NCBI GenBank assembly: GCA_947631685.1
Contig: CANRMI010000004.1
Coordinates: 23,439 to 87,438 of the forward strand
Origin: an uncultured Lachnospiraceae bacterium
GTDB lineage: Bacteria; Bacillota; Clostridia; Lachnospirales; Lachnospiraceae
Direction of reading: 5' to 3'
DNA length: 64,000 bases
Shown piece after piece: positions 8,542 through 17,184 of the stretch. A program made the position numbers and the translations under genes. The notes beneath the pieces were generated by a model, which was given only the letters and a program-made list of their open reading frames with translations, ran no database searches and had not been told where the DNA came from. Position 1 is the first letter of the stretch. Each line of letters begins with the position of its first letter.

Positions 8542-8570
8542 TTGTCCCGCATGGAAAAACATGATATAAT
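8542..8570 (+). promoter_or_regulatory. Sigma-A promoter for the ncRNA-RT unit
   Basis: TTGTCC-17 nt-TATAAT with extended TG; predicted start near 8577. Confidence 0.8.
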
Positions 8571-8576
8571 AACATT

Positions 8577-8765
8577 ACCTTATCCGATAGGCGGTAAGGG
8601 CGGTATTTTTCATCATTTACGATGAATCTGCTTTCTGATTTATGTACGATTTATCAGAACTTTATGCAAACAGGACAATAGTGTTCATGTACCTGCCTGC
8701 CAGTTTAGGGAAGTTGTCCCCCGTGCTGGCAGGCATGATGCATCTATAGGGGGATTTTAGGAAGA
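8577..8765 (+). ncRNA. Putative RT-associated structured ncRNA (~190 nt)
   Basis: Five consecutive hairpins: 8578-99, 8609-26, 8633-59, 8673-86, and 8694-8735 (perfect 10 bp TGCCTGCCAG/CTGGCAGGCA), lying between a promoter and the RT start. Confidence 0.65.
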
Positions 8766-10175
8766 ATGGAAAGGCAGAAAAGATATAACCGGTGCAGTAA
8801 GGACGGCGCTTGTGCCGAATGTGCGCAGAACGATCAGTGCGGCGCATGGGTGTCTTTTGTGGACAAGCACGGCACGCAGAAAGGCTATGCGCATTTTGAC
8901 AGGCGGGTATCCCTGGAAATGGATTCCGTTCGGGATTATGTCATGGACAGGGAAAAGGTGGCTGCACACGGTTTCTATCCGTTTATACACTTTGAAAAGA
9001 AAAATTCGCGCTACGGCAGGAAAGGCCCGAAAAAACCAAGGGAACTGTATTACTGTTCCCACATGGACCGCTGCATTTACCAGAGATATGCGTTTCTGCT
9101 GAACTATTTATACAACATCAGAGCAAAGGAAGAAGGGATCGACCGGGTGGCGACTGCCTACCGGAACAATCTGGGAAAGAACAACATCGACTTCGCGAAA
9201 GAGGTGTTCGACGCCATCCGGGGGATGGGGAAATGCCTTGTAATCGTGGGGGATTTCACGGACTTTTTTAACAGGCTGGAGCACCGCTACCTGAAGCAGA
9301 GGCTGTGTGAACTCCTTGGCGTGGAGCGCCTGCCGGAGGATTATTTTGCCGTATTCCAGAATATTACCCGCTTCGCAGGCTGGGACTGGGAAGACATTGT
9401 AGAGGCGGCGGGAGAATCCATAAACGAGAAGGGCATCAAAAAGAAGCTTAACCGGAAAGAAACGGTCCTCACAAGGCAGCAGTTTCTGGATAATAAGAAA
9501 TATATCCGGAAGAACACATCGGGAATAGGTATCCCGCAGGGATCTCCGATCAGTGCCGTACTGGCGAACATATACATGATGCGGTTTGACCGGACGCTGC
9601 AGGAGTATGTGTCAGGACAGGGCGGGATCTACAGACGCTATTCTGACGATTTTCTGATCGCGGTTCCCATTCGTGGAGAGGGCGAGGCTAAGAAGCATAT
9701 CGGGCGTATCTTTTCTTACATCCATGAGATGGATGGACTGATCGAACTGCAGGAGGAAAAGACTTCCCTGTATCTGTTTGAACAGGGGCGGATACGTTCG
9801 TACCCGTCGAAAGATCCGGCCTTTATCGATTACCTTGGGTTCTGGTTTGACGGTGAGAATATACGGATACGGCCCCGCTCCATTACAAAGTATTATTACA
9901 GGATGCGGAGGAAAGCGCGGACGGTCGGGCGAAGCAGCGGTCTGTCTCTGCATGGGAGGCATATCTCGTCTAAGAACCTGTACCAGATCTATTCCCATAA
10001 TGATAAGAAGCGGACGTTTATCGACTATGCCAAAAAGGCCAGACATATGATGGATCTGCGCGATCCGGAAACAGACGCGGTGATAAAAAGGCACAAGCAG
10101 AAGATCGCGCAGGCGGTGAAAGCCGGGATAACGGCTAAAAAACATTTGGTGAAAGAGGTGAATGAAGATGGCTGA
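8766..10175 (+). CDS. Reverse transcriptase, DRT2/UG2-like defence-associated class
   Basis: GYAHFD, HGFYPF, RELYYCSHMDRCIY, NNIDFAK..FD, GDFTDFF, GIPQGSPISAVLANIYM, YRRYSDD (9639-9650), YLGFWFDG, SITKYYYRM; collinear with KpnDRT2 motifs as I recall them. Confidence 0.85.
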   Translation: MERQKRYNRCSKDGACAECAQNDQCGAWVSFVDKHGTQKGYAHFDRRVSLEMDSVRDYVMDREKVAAHGFYPFIHFEKKNSRYGRKGPKKPRELYYCSHMDRCIYQRYAFLLNYLYNIRAKEEGIDRVATAYRNNLGKNNIDFAKEVFDAIRGMGKCLVIVGDFTDFFNRLEHRYLKQRLCELLGVERLPEDYFAVFQNITRFAGWDWEDIVEAAGESINEKGIKKKLNRKETVLTRQQFLDNKKYIRKNTSGIGIPQGSPISAVLANIYMMRFDRTLQEYVSGQGGIYRRYSDDFLIAVPIRGEGEAKKHIGRIFSYIHEMDGLIELQEEKTSLYLFEQGRIRSYPSKDPAFIDYLGFWFDGENIRIRPRSITKYYYRMRRKARTVGRSSGLSLHGRHISSKNLYQIYSHNDKKRTFIDYAKKARHMMDLRDPETDAVIKRHKQKIAQAVKAGITAKKHLVKEVNEDG

Positions 10176-10206
10176 TATTTATGTACTATGAATAACCGGC
10201 CGGTAC

Positions 10207-10235
10207 TTGACATTTTTGATGATAGGGTTTATATT
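10207..10235 (+). promoter_or_regulatory. Sigma-A promoter of the tRNA Asp-Val-Leu operon
   Basis: TTGACA-17 nt-TATATT. Confidence 0.75.
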
Positions 10236-10255
10236 TAGAAAGTAAAACAGGATAT

Positions 10256-10329
10256 GGCCTAGTGGCTCAGTTGGTTAGAGCGCCGCCCTGTCACGGCGGA
10301 GGTCGTCGGTTCGAGTCCGATCTGGGTCG
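10256..10329 (+). tRNA. tRNA-Asp(GTC)
   Basis: Cloverleaf; anticodon loop CTGTCAC; GGTTCGAGTCC T-arm. Confidence 0.95.
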
Positions 10330-10355
10330 TAAAGCGGGTGTACCGCATCCGCTCA

Positions 10356-10428
10356 GGGGTCTTAGCTCAGCTGGGAGAGCATCTGCCTTACAAGCAGAGG
10401 GTCATAGGTTCGAGCCCTATAGGCCCCA
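10356..10428 (+). tRNA. tRNA-Val(TAC)
   Basis: Cloverleaf; acceptor GGGGTCT/AGGCCCC; anticodon loop CTTACAA. Confidence 0.95.
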
Positions 10429-10455
10429 TAATTTTTCTAAATGATCTGCGTACCG

Positions 10456-10539
10456 GCTGGTGTGGCGGAATAGGCAGACGCAAGGGACTTAAAATCCCTC
10501 GATGGCAACATCGTGCCGGTTCAAGTCCGGCCACCAGCA
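10456..10539 (+). tRNA. tRNA-Leu(TAA)
   Basis: Cloverleaf with long variable arm GATGGCAACATC; anticodon loop CTTAAAA. Confidence 0.95.
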
Positions 10540-10552
10540 TCAAGACCATGTG

Positions 10553-10597
10553 ATCCGAATTTGTTTCCTTTTGGAAATGGATTCGGATTATTTTTTT
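10553..10597 (+). terminator. Intrinsic terminator after the tRNA operon
   Basis: ATCCGAAT..TTTCC/GGAAA..ATTCGGAT followed by a T run. Confidence 0.7.
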
Positions 10598-10662
10598 GAA
10601 CAGTTGAGAAATTTCACAGTACCGCCGGTTCCCTGCCACTGTTCTGCCGGCAGGCGGACGCT

Positions 10663-11457
10663 TTATGAAGCTCGCCCGGACAGCTGGTGGTACTCCCGCA
10701 GAGCCAGCCGGCGTTTAAAGAAACGGGGCAGCGCGGCCGCTTTGTTGTAAAACCAGAAAGAATACACCAGCAGATTGTTGAGGGAGCCGATCCGCTCCTT
10801 GGTGGTGCCGTGGTAATAGTCCCCGCCGCTGCAGGTGGAATTTTTCTCCTGAATGTAACGGATCAACTGGGACTCCGAAAAAATGCCATCGGGAAATTCC
10901 GTATAGCCGAAGCCTACGCCATCCGCCTTGTGCGCGTCGCTGCCGCCAAATTCCGGCAGATGCAGCTCCTGCGCCAGCGCAGCCGCTTCGGCGTTGCTTT
11001 CGGGAAATTCGCAGGCATTAAAACTTTCTATAAAATCAAAATTCCGGAGGATCGAAGGACTTTTGCGGTAACGTTTGGTGCCGCATAAACTTAAATATTT
11101 TTCTCCACAGGGATGGGCAGGGCCCAGAATGCCTCCAAAAAAGTGCACGATTTCCGTCAAAAGCTTTACGGGCAGCCCCCGCAGCTCTAAAAGGGGCAGT
11201 CTGACATGCTCCGGCATGATCACCAGAATATGCCCCGCGTCTATGGTATCGTATTCCAATCCCTTTAATACGGTAAAATCCTGAAAGACCGGTTCGCTTT
11301 TGTGCTTCAGGTAGTACCGGTAGGCGTCGTAGGAGTTGTGGTCGGTAATTAAGATCCCGTGGTACCCCTTCTGTTTCAGCAGGCGCACCTGCTCGGTCAG
11401 GCCGATCCTGCCGTCCGGAGATCCTTCTTTCGTATGACAGTGCATATCAAAACGCAT
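10663..11457 (-). CDS. PHP-domain phosphoesterase
   Basis: DMHCHT, ITDHNS, GLEYDT..GHIL, AHP, GGSDAH. Confidence 0.9.
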   Translation of the reverse strand: MRFDMHCHTKEGSPDGRIGLTEQVRLLKQKGYHGILITDHNSYDAYRYYLKHKSEPVFQDFTVLKGLEYDTIDAGHILVIMPEHVRLPLLELRGLPVKLLTEIVHFFGGILGPAHPCGEKYLSLCGTKRYRKSPSILRNFDFIESFNACEFPESNAEAAALAQELHLPEFGGSDAHKADGVGFGYTEFPDGIFSESQLIRYIQEKNSTCSGGDYYHGTTKERIGSLNNLLVYSFWFYNKAAALPRFFKRRLALREYHQLSGRAS

Positions 11458-11575
11458 GACATCCTCTTTTCCGCGTAAACGCTCTTTTTCCAATTCCAAT
11501 CTCATTATAACAATTAAAAATTTTAAAGACAAGCGGATATATTTGTAAAAAACAAAGCCGCCGTAACCGGGAAAT

Positions 11576-11611
11576 AAAAACGGGAACCCCTATAAAAGGA
11601 TTCCCGTTTTT
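11576..11611 (-). terminator. Terminator after tRNA-Arg
   Basis: AAAAACGGGAA...TTCCCGTTTTT inverted repeat. Confidence 0.75.
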
Positions 11612-11617
11612 ATTTAA

Positions 11618-11668
11618 GTGCAAACGCACTTACGTGCCAAAACGCACCAACGTGCGCAAACGCACTTA
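11618..11668 (-). repeat. Three 18 nt tandem units built from tRNA-Arg acceptor-stem ends
   Basis: Minus strand after the tRNA: taa-GTGCGTTTGCGCACG-ttg-GTGCGTTTTGGCACG-taa-GTGCGTTTGCAC. Confidence 0.8.
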
Positions 11669-11742
11669 CGTGCGTTAGAGGATTCGAACCCCCGACCTTT
11701 TGATCCGTAGTCAAACGCTCTATCCAGCTGAGCTAAACGCAC
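11669..11742 (-). tRNA. tRNA-Arg(ACG)
   Basis: Reverse complement GTGCGTTTAGCTCAGCTGGATAGAGCGTTTGACTACGGATCAAAAGGTCGGGGGTTCGAATCCTCTAACGCACG. Confidence 0.95.
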
Positions 11743-11859
11743 ATAATCCATGCTGCGTGGAAAATGCCTCCCGCAACATGGATTATTGTACACAAATTCA
11801 GAGCCAATGTCAAGGAATAAATCGTAATTTATGCGATCGTTGAGAAATAGGGGATTTCC

Positions 11860-14295
11860 CTATCCCATAGTAACCTCTACATGGTATTCCGTCTTGCCCT
11901 TTTCATAGGGAATGACACAGCCGTCCACGGGCTTGCCGTCCACGGTCATGGAAACGACACCCTTTTCCACACCATTAGGGTTCTTCACTTCGATGTGATA
12001 GATGCCTTCCCGGAAGCTCCTGGTCAGCTTGAAGCTGCCGAAGTCTTTGGGCACGCAGGGATTAATGGAGAGCCCTTTGTGAGTAGGGTATACGCCCAGA
12101 ATGTACTGGGAGATATTGACAAAGGTCCATGCTGCGGTACCGGTCAGCCAGCTGTTCTTGGCTTCGCCGTGGAACTTCGCGTCGCGGCCTGCGACCATTT
12201 GGGAGTAAACATAGGGCTCGGTGCGGTGGATCTCGCTGAACTCTTCCACATAGGCAGGACAGGTCTTTTTGTAGATCTCAAATGCCCTGTCGCCGCGGCC
12301 GATAACGGTTTCCGCAATGGATACCCAGGGGTTGTTGTGGCAGAAAATTCCCGCGTTCTCCTTGTATCCGGGGGGATAGGAGGTAATCTCGCCCAGCTCC
12401 AGGTGGTACCTGGTGTAAGCGGGCTGTAAGATCATGATACCGTACTTGGTATCCAGTCTTTCCTTAACGGAATCCAGCGCCTTCTTAGCAAGGCCCTCTT
12501 TGACACCCACGCCTGCCAGAACGCAGAAGCCCTGGGGCTCGATATAGATCTGGCCTTCGTCGCATTCCTTGGAGCCTACCTTATGGCTGTAAGCGTCGTA
12601 AGCGCGGACAAACCATTCGCCGTCCCAGCCGTCTTTTAAGAGGGCGTCATACATAAGGGAAACTTCCCTGCGCGCTCTCTCGGCTTCCGCGGTATCATTT
12701 AACAGCTCAGCTAACTGAGCATATTCTTCACCGTATTTCACAAACATGCCGCCGATGAATACGGATTCCGCAACGGGCCCTTCGGAGGGACCGAATGTCT
12801 GGAAGGACTCGCCAGGATGCTCTGAAAAGCAGTTTAAGTTCAGACAGTCATTCCAGTCTGCCCGGCCGATCAGAGGCAGGTTGTGAGGCCCCTTGTGATT
12901 GATGATATAGTCAAGGGAACGTTTTAAGTGCTCCATTAACGAGGTGGCCTTGGACATATCGTTGTCATAGGGAACCGTTTCCGTCAGGATGGAAATGTCT
13001 CCGGTTTCCCTTACATACGCGGAGGTGCCGGCAATCAGCCACAGCGGATCGTCATTAAAGCCGCTGCCGATGTCGGAATTGCCCTTTTTGGTGAGGGGCT
13101 GGTACTGATGGTAAGCGCTGCCGTCCTCAAACTGGGTGGAAGCAATGTCGATGATACGTTCCCTTGCCCTGTCGGGAATCAGATGAACGAAGCCCAAAAG
13201 ATCCTGACAGGAGTCACGGAAGCCCATGCCTCGTCCGATACCGGATTCATAGTAGGACGCGGAACGGGACATGTTAAAGGTTACCATACACTGGTACTGG
13301 TTCCAGGTATTTACCATGCGGTTGACCTTGTCGTTGGCGGATTCCACAGTATATTTGGAGAGGAGCTCTTTCCAGTATGCTTTCAGTTCCGCGAAAGCAG
13401 CGTCCACGCCGGCGTCGGTTTTGTAGTGCTCCAGCATGGCGAAAGCGGGCTTTTTGTTGATCACGCCGGGAGCTTCCCACTTTTCGGATTCGGGATTCTC
13501 CACATACCCCAGAACGAAGATGAAACTTTTGCTTTCACCCGGTGCCAGGGAAACGTTGATCTGATGTGCCGCAATGGGAGACCAGCCGCTGGCCATGGAA
13601 TTGCCGCAGGCACCCTTTTCAACGGCTTCAGGCAGGTCGGCGCCCCGGTACGCCCCCAGAAACTCGTCTCTGCTGGTATCGAAACCGTCCACTTTGGCAT
13701 TGACGGAATATACGGCGTAGTGGTTGCGGCGCTCCCTATACTCGGTTTTGTGGAAAATGGTGGAATCCACTACCTCCACTTCACCGGTGCTCAGATTACG
13801 CTGGAAGTTCTTCATATCGTCGTCCGCGTTCCACAGACACCACTCTACATAGGAGAAAAGCTTTAAATCCTTGGGAGAAGAAGCATGATTGGTAAGGGTG
13901 ATCCTGCTGACCTCACAGGAATCCTTCATGGGAACGAAGGTCAGGACGGAAGCCTCCACATCATTCTTTCTGCCGGTGAAACGGCTGTAACCAATACCGT
14001 GACGGCACTCGTAGGAGTCCAGCTCCGTCTTGGAGGGCTGCCAGCCGGGGTTCCAGACAGTGCTGCCGTCCTTTATGTAAAAATATTTGCCGTTGGTATC
14101 CGCCGGAATATCGTTGTAGCGGTATCTGGTCAGACGTAGCAGCTTGGCGTCCTTGTAAAAGGTGTAGCCGCCGCAGGTGTTGGAGATCAGGCTGAAGAAA
14201 TCATTACAGCCCAGATAGTTGATCCAGGGCAGCGGAGTCCTGGGGGTTGTGATGACGTATTCCTGATTCGCATCATCGAAAAAGCCGAATTTCAT
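11860..14295 (-). CDS. cbp: Cellobiose phosphorylase (GH94)
   Basis: [78 protein letters not shown]; 811 aa. Confidence 0.93.
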   Translation of the reverse strand: MKFGFFDDANQEYVITTPRTPLPWINYLGCNDFFSLISNTCGGYTFYKDAKLLRLTRYRYNDIPADTNGKYFYIKDGSTVWNPGWQPSKTELDSYECRHGIGYSRFTGRKNDVEASVLTFVPMKDSCEVSRITLTNHASSPKDLKLFSYVEWCLWNADDDMKNFQRNLSTGEVEVVDSTIFHKTEYRERRNHYAVYSVNAKVDGFDTSRDEFLGAYRGADLPEAVEKGACGNSMASGWSPIAAHQINVSLAPGESKSFIFVLGYVENPESEKWEAPGVINKKPAFAMLEHYKTDAGVDAAFAELKAYWKELLSKYTVESANDKVNRMVNTWNQYQCMVTFNMSRSASYYESGIGRGMGFRDSCQDLLGFVHLIPDRARERIIDIASTQFEDGSAYHQYQPLTKKGNSDIGSGFNDDPLWLIAGTSAYVRETGDISILTETVPYDNDMSKATSLMEHLKRSLDYIINHKGPHNLPLIGRADWNDCLNLNCFSEHPGESFQTFGPSEGPVAESVFIGGMFVKYGEEYAQLAELLNDTAEAERARREVSLMYDALLKDGWDGEWFVRAYDAYSHKVGSKECDEGQIYIEPQGFCVLAGVGVKEGLAKKALDSVKERLDTKYGIMILQPAYTRYHLELGEITSYPPGYKENAGIFCHNNPWVSIAETVIGRGDRAFEIYKKTCPAYVEEFSEIHRTEPYVYSQMVAGRDAKFHGEAKNSWLTGTAAWTFVNISQYILGVYPTHKGLSINPCVPKDFGSFKLTRSFREGIYHIEVKNPNGVEKGVVSMTVDGKPVDGCVIPYEKGKTEYHVEVTMG

Positions 14296-14324
14296 GGTAG
14301 TTTCTCCTTTACTGATTATTTTAA

Positions 14325-14336
14325 GTAAACGTTTAA
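14325..14336. promoter_or_regulatory. LacI-type operator upstream of cbp (related sites near 14491-14502 and 15579-15590)
   Basis: Palindromic core TAAACGTTTA; related AAAACGATT and CAAGCGATTT sites near the divergent lacI and ABC starts. Confidence 0.5.
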
Positions 14337-14527
14337 GCAGGAATGCCCCTGACTTATCTAAAATTATACACAAGAAAGAAAATGAATGCAATAAAAATAT
14401 GAAAGGGAAAAGAGTTGAAAAGAAAAAGTTGCATAAAAAAATTTTGAAAAGTATTGCAAAAGTATCAATATTGGTGTATAGTATATGTACGAAAACGATT
14501 AAGCTATGGCAGAAGAGGGTTGTGGCG

Positions 14528-15529
14528 ATGACATCGATGAAAGATATTTCCAAGGTGTGTGGTGTCAGTATCGCCACCGTAAGCAAGGCGCTGAACAACC
14601 ACAAGGATATTGGCGAGGACACCAAGCAGTATATCCGCAGGGTTGCCAAGGAGATGGGGTATTATCCCAATTCCTCCGCCAGAGCTTTAAAGACGCAGCG
14701 CACCTACAATCTGGGCGTGCTTTTCGCGGATGAGGCAGGCAGCGGGCTTACCCACGATTACTTTGTCAACATACTGGAAGCCTTTAAGCGTACCGTGGAA
14801 GAGAAAGGATATGACATTACCTTTATCAACACGGGAGCCCAGACCAGAAGTTATCTGGAGCACTGCAGATACCGGGATTTTGACGGTGTGGCAGTGGTGT
14901 GCGTGGATTTTTACGACAGACAGGTGGAAGAGCTGGTGCACAGTGACATACCCATCGTGACGGTGGATCACTTTTTCCCGGGCAGAGCCGCCGTGATTTC
15001 GGACAATGTCAGAGGTATGCGGGATCTGCTCACCTATGTGCACAGCAGAGGCCATCGCAGGATCGCCTATATCCACGGCGCGGATTCCCATGTGACTAGG
15101 AACAGGCTGACGTCTTTCTTTAACACGGCGGAAGAGCTGGGGCTGAACATTCCCGACGCGTACATAAAGGAAGCGGCCTACAGGGATACGGACGGAGCCG
15201 GACGGGCAACAGAAGAGCTGCTGGGACTGTCAAAGCCGCCCACCTGTATTCTCTATCCCGACGATTTTTCCTGCTTCGGGGGCATGAATGCTATCCGCAA
15301 GAGGGGACTTCGGATCCCAGAGGACATATCCGTAGCCGGTTACGACGGCATACGGGCCGGCAGGCATATCGAGCCCTGCCTGACCACGCTGGTACAGGAT
15401 ACGGAACGGATTGGCGCGCGGGTTGGCGAGAAGCTGATCAGCCTGATAGAAAAGCCCAGGTCCACTATCATCGAGCAGATTGTGATCGACGGCAGGGTAT
15501 ATGAGGGCCGGACGGTGGGCAGAGTCTGA
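14528..15529 (+). CDS. LacI-family transcriptional regulator
   Basis: [45 protein letters not shown]; promoter TTGCAA-17-TATAGT at 14454-14482. Confidence 0.95.
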   Translation: MTSMKDISKVCGVSIATVSKALNNHKDIGEDTKQYIRRVAKEMGYYPNSSARALKTQRTYNLGVLFADEAGSGLTHDYFVNILEAFKRTVEEKGYDITFINTGAQTRSYLEHCRYRDFDGVAVVCVDFYDRQVEELVHSDIPIVTVDHFFPGRAAVISDNVRGMRDLLTYVHSRGHRRIAYIHGADSHVTRNRLTSFFNTAEELGLNIPDAYIKEAAYRDTDGAGRATEELLGLSKPPTCILYPDDFSCFGGMNAIRKRGLRIPEDISVAGYDGIRAGRHIEPCLTTLVQDTERIGARVGEKLISLIEKPRSTIIEQIVIDGRVYEGRTVGRV

Positions 15530-15631
15530 AAGCGCCCCGAACCAAAGTGATCTGATATGAGATCTGATATTAATTTCGCGCAAGCGATTTTAATATAAAC
15601 TATCAACCTATTTTAAAGGGAGGAAAAAGTA

Positions 15632-17065
15632 ATGAAGAAAAAAGCATTAGGTATTTTGCTTACTGCTGCAATGATGGCAACGATGGTTGCTGGCTGCGGC
15701 GGCGGCAGCGATACCCCCGCAACAACTCCTGCAGACACGACTCCTGCGGAATCTACTCCTGCAGAATCTACTCCTGCGGAATCTACTCCTGCAGAGACGA
15801 CTCCTGCAGACGGTGAAGGCTTAGCGTATACGGGTACTTTAACCCTTATGCACTACTCCACTTCCGAGGAGAGCCAGGGTAACGGCAGCTCCGATGGTAT
15901 CCGTACCATGATCGCTGAGTGGAAAGAAGCTAACAGCGGCGTCACCTTGGAAGAGAACGTAATGTCCAATGATGACTACAAGACTCAGATCGCGACTCTG
16001 GCAGCAGCAGATGACCTGCCTGACGTATTCATGCTTCAGGGTATGAACACCGCGGCATGGGCTGATCAGGGCCTGATCATGGATCTGACGGACGTTATAG
16101 CGAACTCTCCTGACAGCGCGAACTACGATACCAACCTGTTTGGACCTTTCACCACCGCTGATGGCAAGATTTACGCACTGCCTACCGTATCCGGTGGTAC
16201 CTGTACCGTAGTTATGTACGATAAGAGAGTTTGGGGCGACGAGTTCCCCAGCACCTGGGCAGATGTAGAAGCTAAGGCTGCTGACATCGCTGCTGCAGGC
16301 CAGACTCCTATCGCATTCGGTAACGGCGGTCAGTGGAACGCAAACTCTGACTTCCTGTCCTGCTTAGGCGACAGATACACCGGTGAAGACTGGTTCTGGA
16401 GCCTGGTAAACAAGGAAGGCGCGGCATTTACCGATGCTGAGTTCGTAGCGGCACTGGCTGAGATGCAGAGACTGTTCGTAGACACCGACCTCTTCAACGC
16501 AGATTTCAACTCTGTTACCAACGAGGACGCAAGAGAGTACTACATCTCCGGTGATGCAGCAGCATTCATCGGCGGTAACTGGGACGTTTCCTATGTAGGC
16601 GCTACCCTGAAGGAAGCTGGCGACGAGCTGTATGAGAATACCGGTTTCGCGGTTCTTCCTCAGTCCGCAGACGCAACACATCAGAGAAACAGCCAGAACG
16701 GTGGTTTCGGTTATGGTGTCGCGCTCAACGCTAAGTTAGCGGATGATCCCGATAAGCTGGCAGCAGCTATCGACCTGGCTTACAAGCTCAGCGGCGCTGA
16801 TTTCGCTAACTATGTAGCAAGCAACTACGCTCTGGGTGGTTTGGTTAAGGTAAGCGACGTAGACTTCAGCGCATTTGACGCTTGGGATGTTGATTTCTAC
16901 AACTTCTCCTACGTTGACAACCCGACCTGCCCGATCTATGACTCTTTCATCAACAGCGCAGTTTGGAACGTACTGAATGCAGATATGCAGGCAATGTTAA
17001 ACGGCTCCATGACTCCTGAAGATGTTGCAGCAAACGCACAGGCAGCATACGAGAGCAACTATTAA
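15632..17065 (+). CDS. Sugar ABC transporter substrate-binding lipoprotein
   Basis: Lipobox MVAGC, Thr/Pro-rich linker, DDLPDVF, GKIYALP, AAAFIGGNW. Confidence 0.9.
   Translation: MKKKALGILLTAAMMATMVAGCGGGSDTPATTPADTTPAESTPAESTPAESTPAETTPADGEGLAYTGTLTLMHYSTSEESQGNGSSDGIRTMIAEWKEANSGVTLEENVMSNDDYKTQIATLAAADDLPDVFMLQGMNTAAWADQGLIMDLTDVIANSPDSANYDTNLFGPFTTADGKIYALPTVSGGTCTVVMYDKRVWGDEFPSTWADVEAKAADIAAAGQTPIAFGNGGQWNANSDFLSCLGDRYTGEDWFWSLVNKEGAAFTDAEFVAALAEMQRLFVDTDLFNADFNSVTNEDAREYYISGDAAAFIGGNWDVSYVGATLKEAGDELYENTGFAVLPQSADATHQRNSQNGGFGYGVALNAKLADDPDKLAAAIDLAYKLSGADFANYVASNYALGGLVKVSDVDFSAFDAWDVDFYNFSYVDNPTCPIYDSFINSAVWNVLNADMQAMLNGSMTPEDVAANAQAAYESNY
15725..15814 (+). repeat. Six 15 nt tandem repeats encoding the TPA(E/D)x linker
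   Basis: ACTCCTGC(A/G)GA units every 15 nt. Confidence 0.9.
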
Positions 17066-17184
17066 GTGAAAGCTTTCGCGGAGCTTTGCAAAGCAAAATA
17101 ATCATGCGGTACCGGTCAGTTCTGGCCGGTACCGTAATTATTAAATAGAGGGTATAGTAAAGTAAAGTAAGAGGAGGAAGAGGG

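Larger units (their letters stand above)
3227..10206. mobile_element. Degenerate genomic island inserted at tRNA-Ile2; no integrase visible
   Basis: Starts at the tRNA 3' end; contains gene fragments, NADAR, VirD4-like ATPase and RT; 13/15 nt copy of tRNA bases 3188-3202 at 10192-10206. Confidence 0.65.

Noticed and set aside
6322-8575. Long antisense ORFs (369 aa and 448 aa) as overlapping genes
   Set aside because: They mirror GC-rich sense genes, as do many other antisense ORFs in the track (e.g. 5602-6303, 30285-31325, 44998-45960); no RBS or protein motifs
8577-8672. Canonical antisense neo ORF in the ncRNA
   Set aside because: All three minus-strand frames contain stops between 8613 and 8672, and no strong -35/-10 pair forms across the putative junction
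8662-8847. 61 aa minus-strand ORF over the ncRNA and RT start
   Set aside because: No RBS or recognisable motif; overlaps better-supported features
8766-10175. RT as a group II intron, retron or CRISPR-associated RT
   Set aside because: No YADD, maturase X domain or intron domain V/VI after the ORF; no retron NAxxH or VTG motifs; no cas genes or array in the window
3227-10206. Complete ICE or IME
   Set aside because: No integrase, relaxase, VirB4 or mating-pair genes; only a VirD4-like ATPase and fragments
15725-15814. TPAES repeats as an unusual system
   Set aside because: Ordinary flexible linker after the lipobox of a solute-binding lipoprotein
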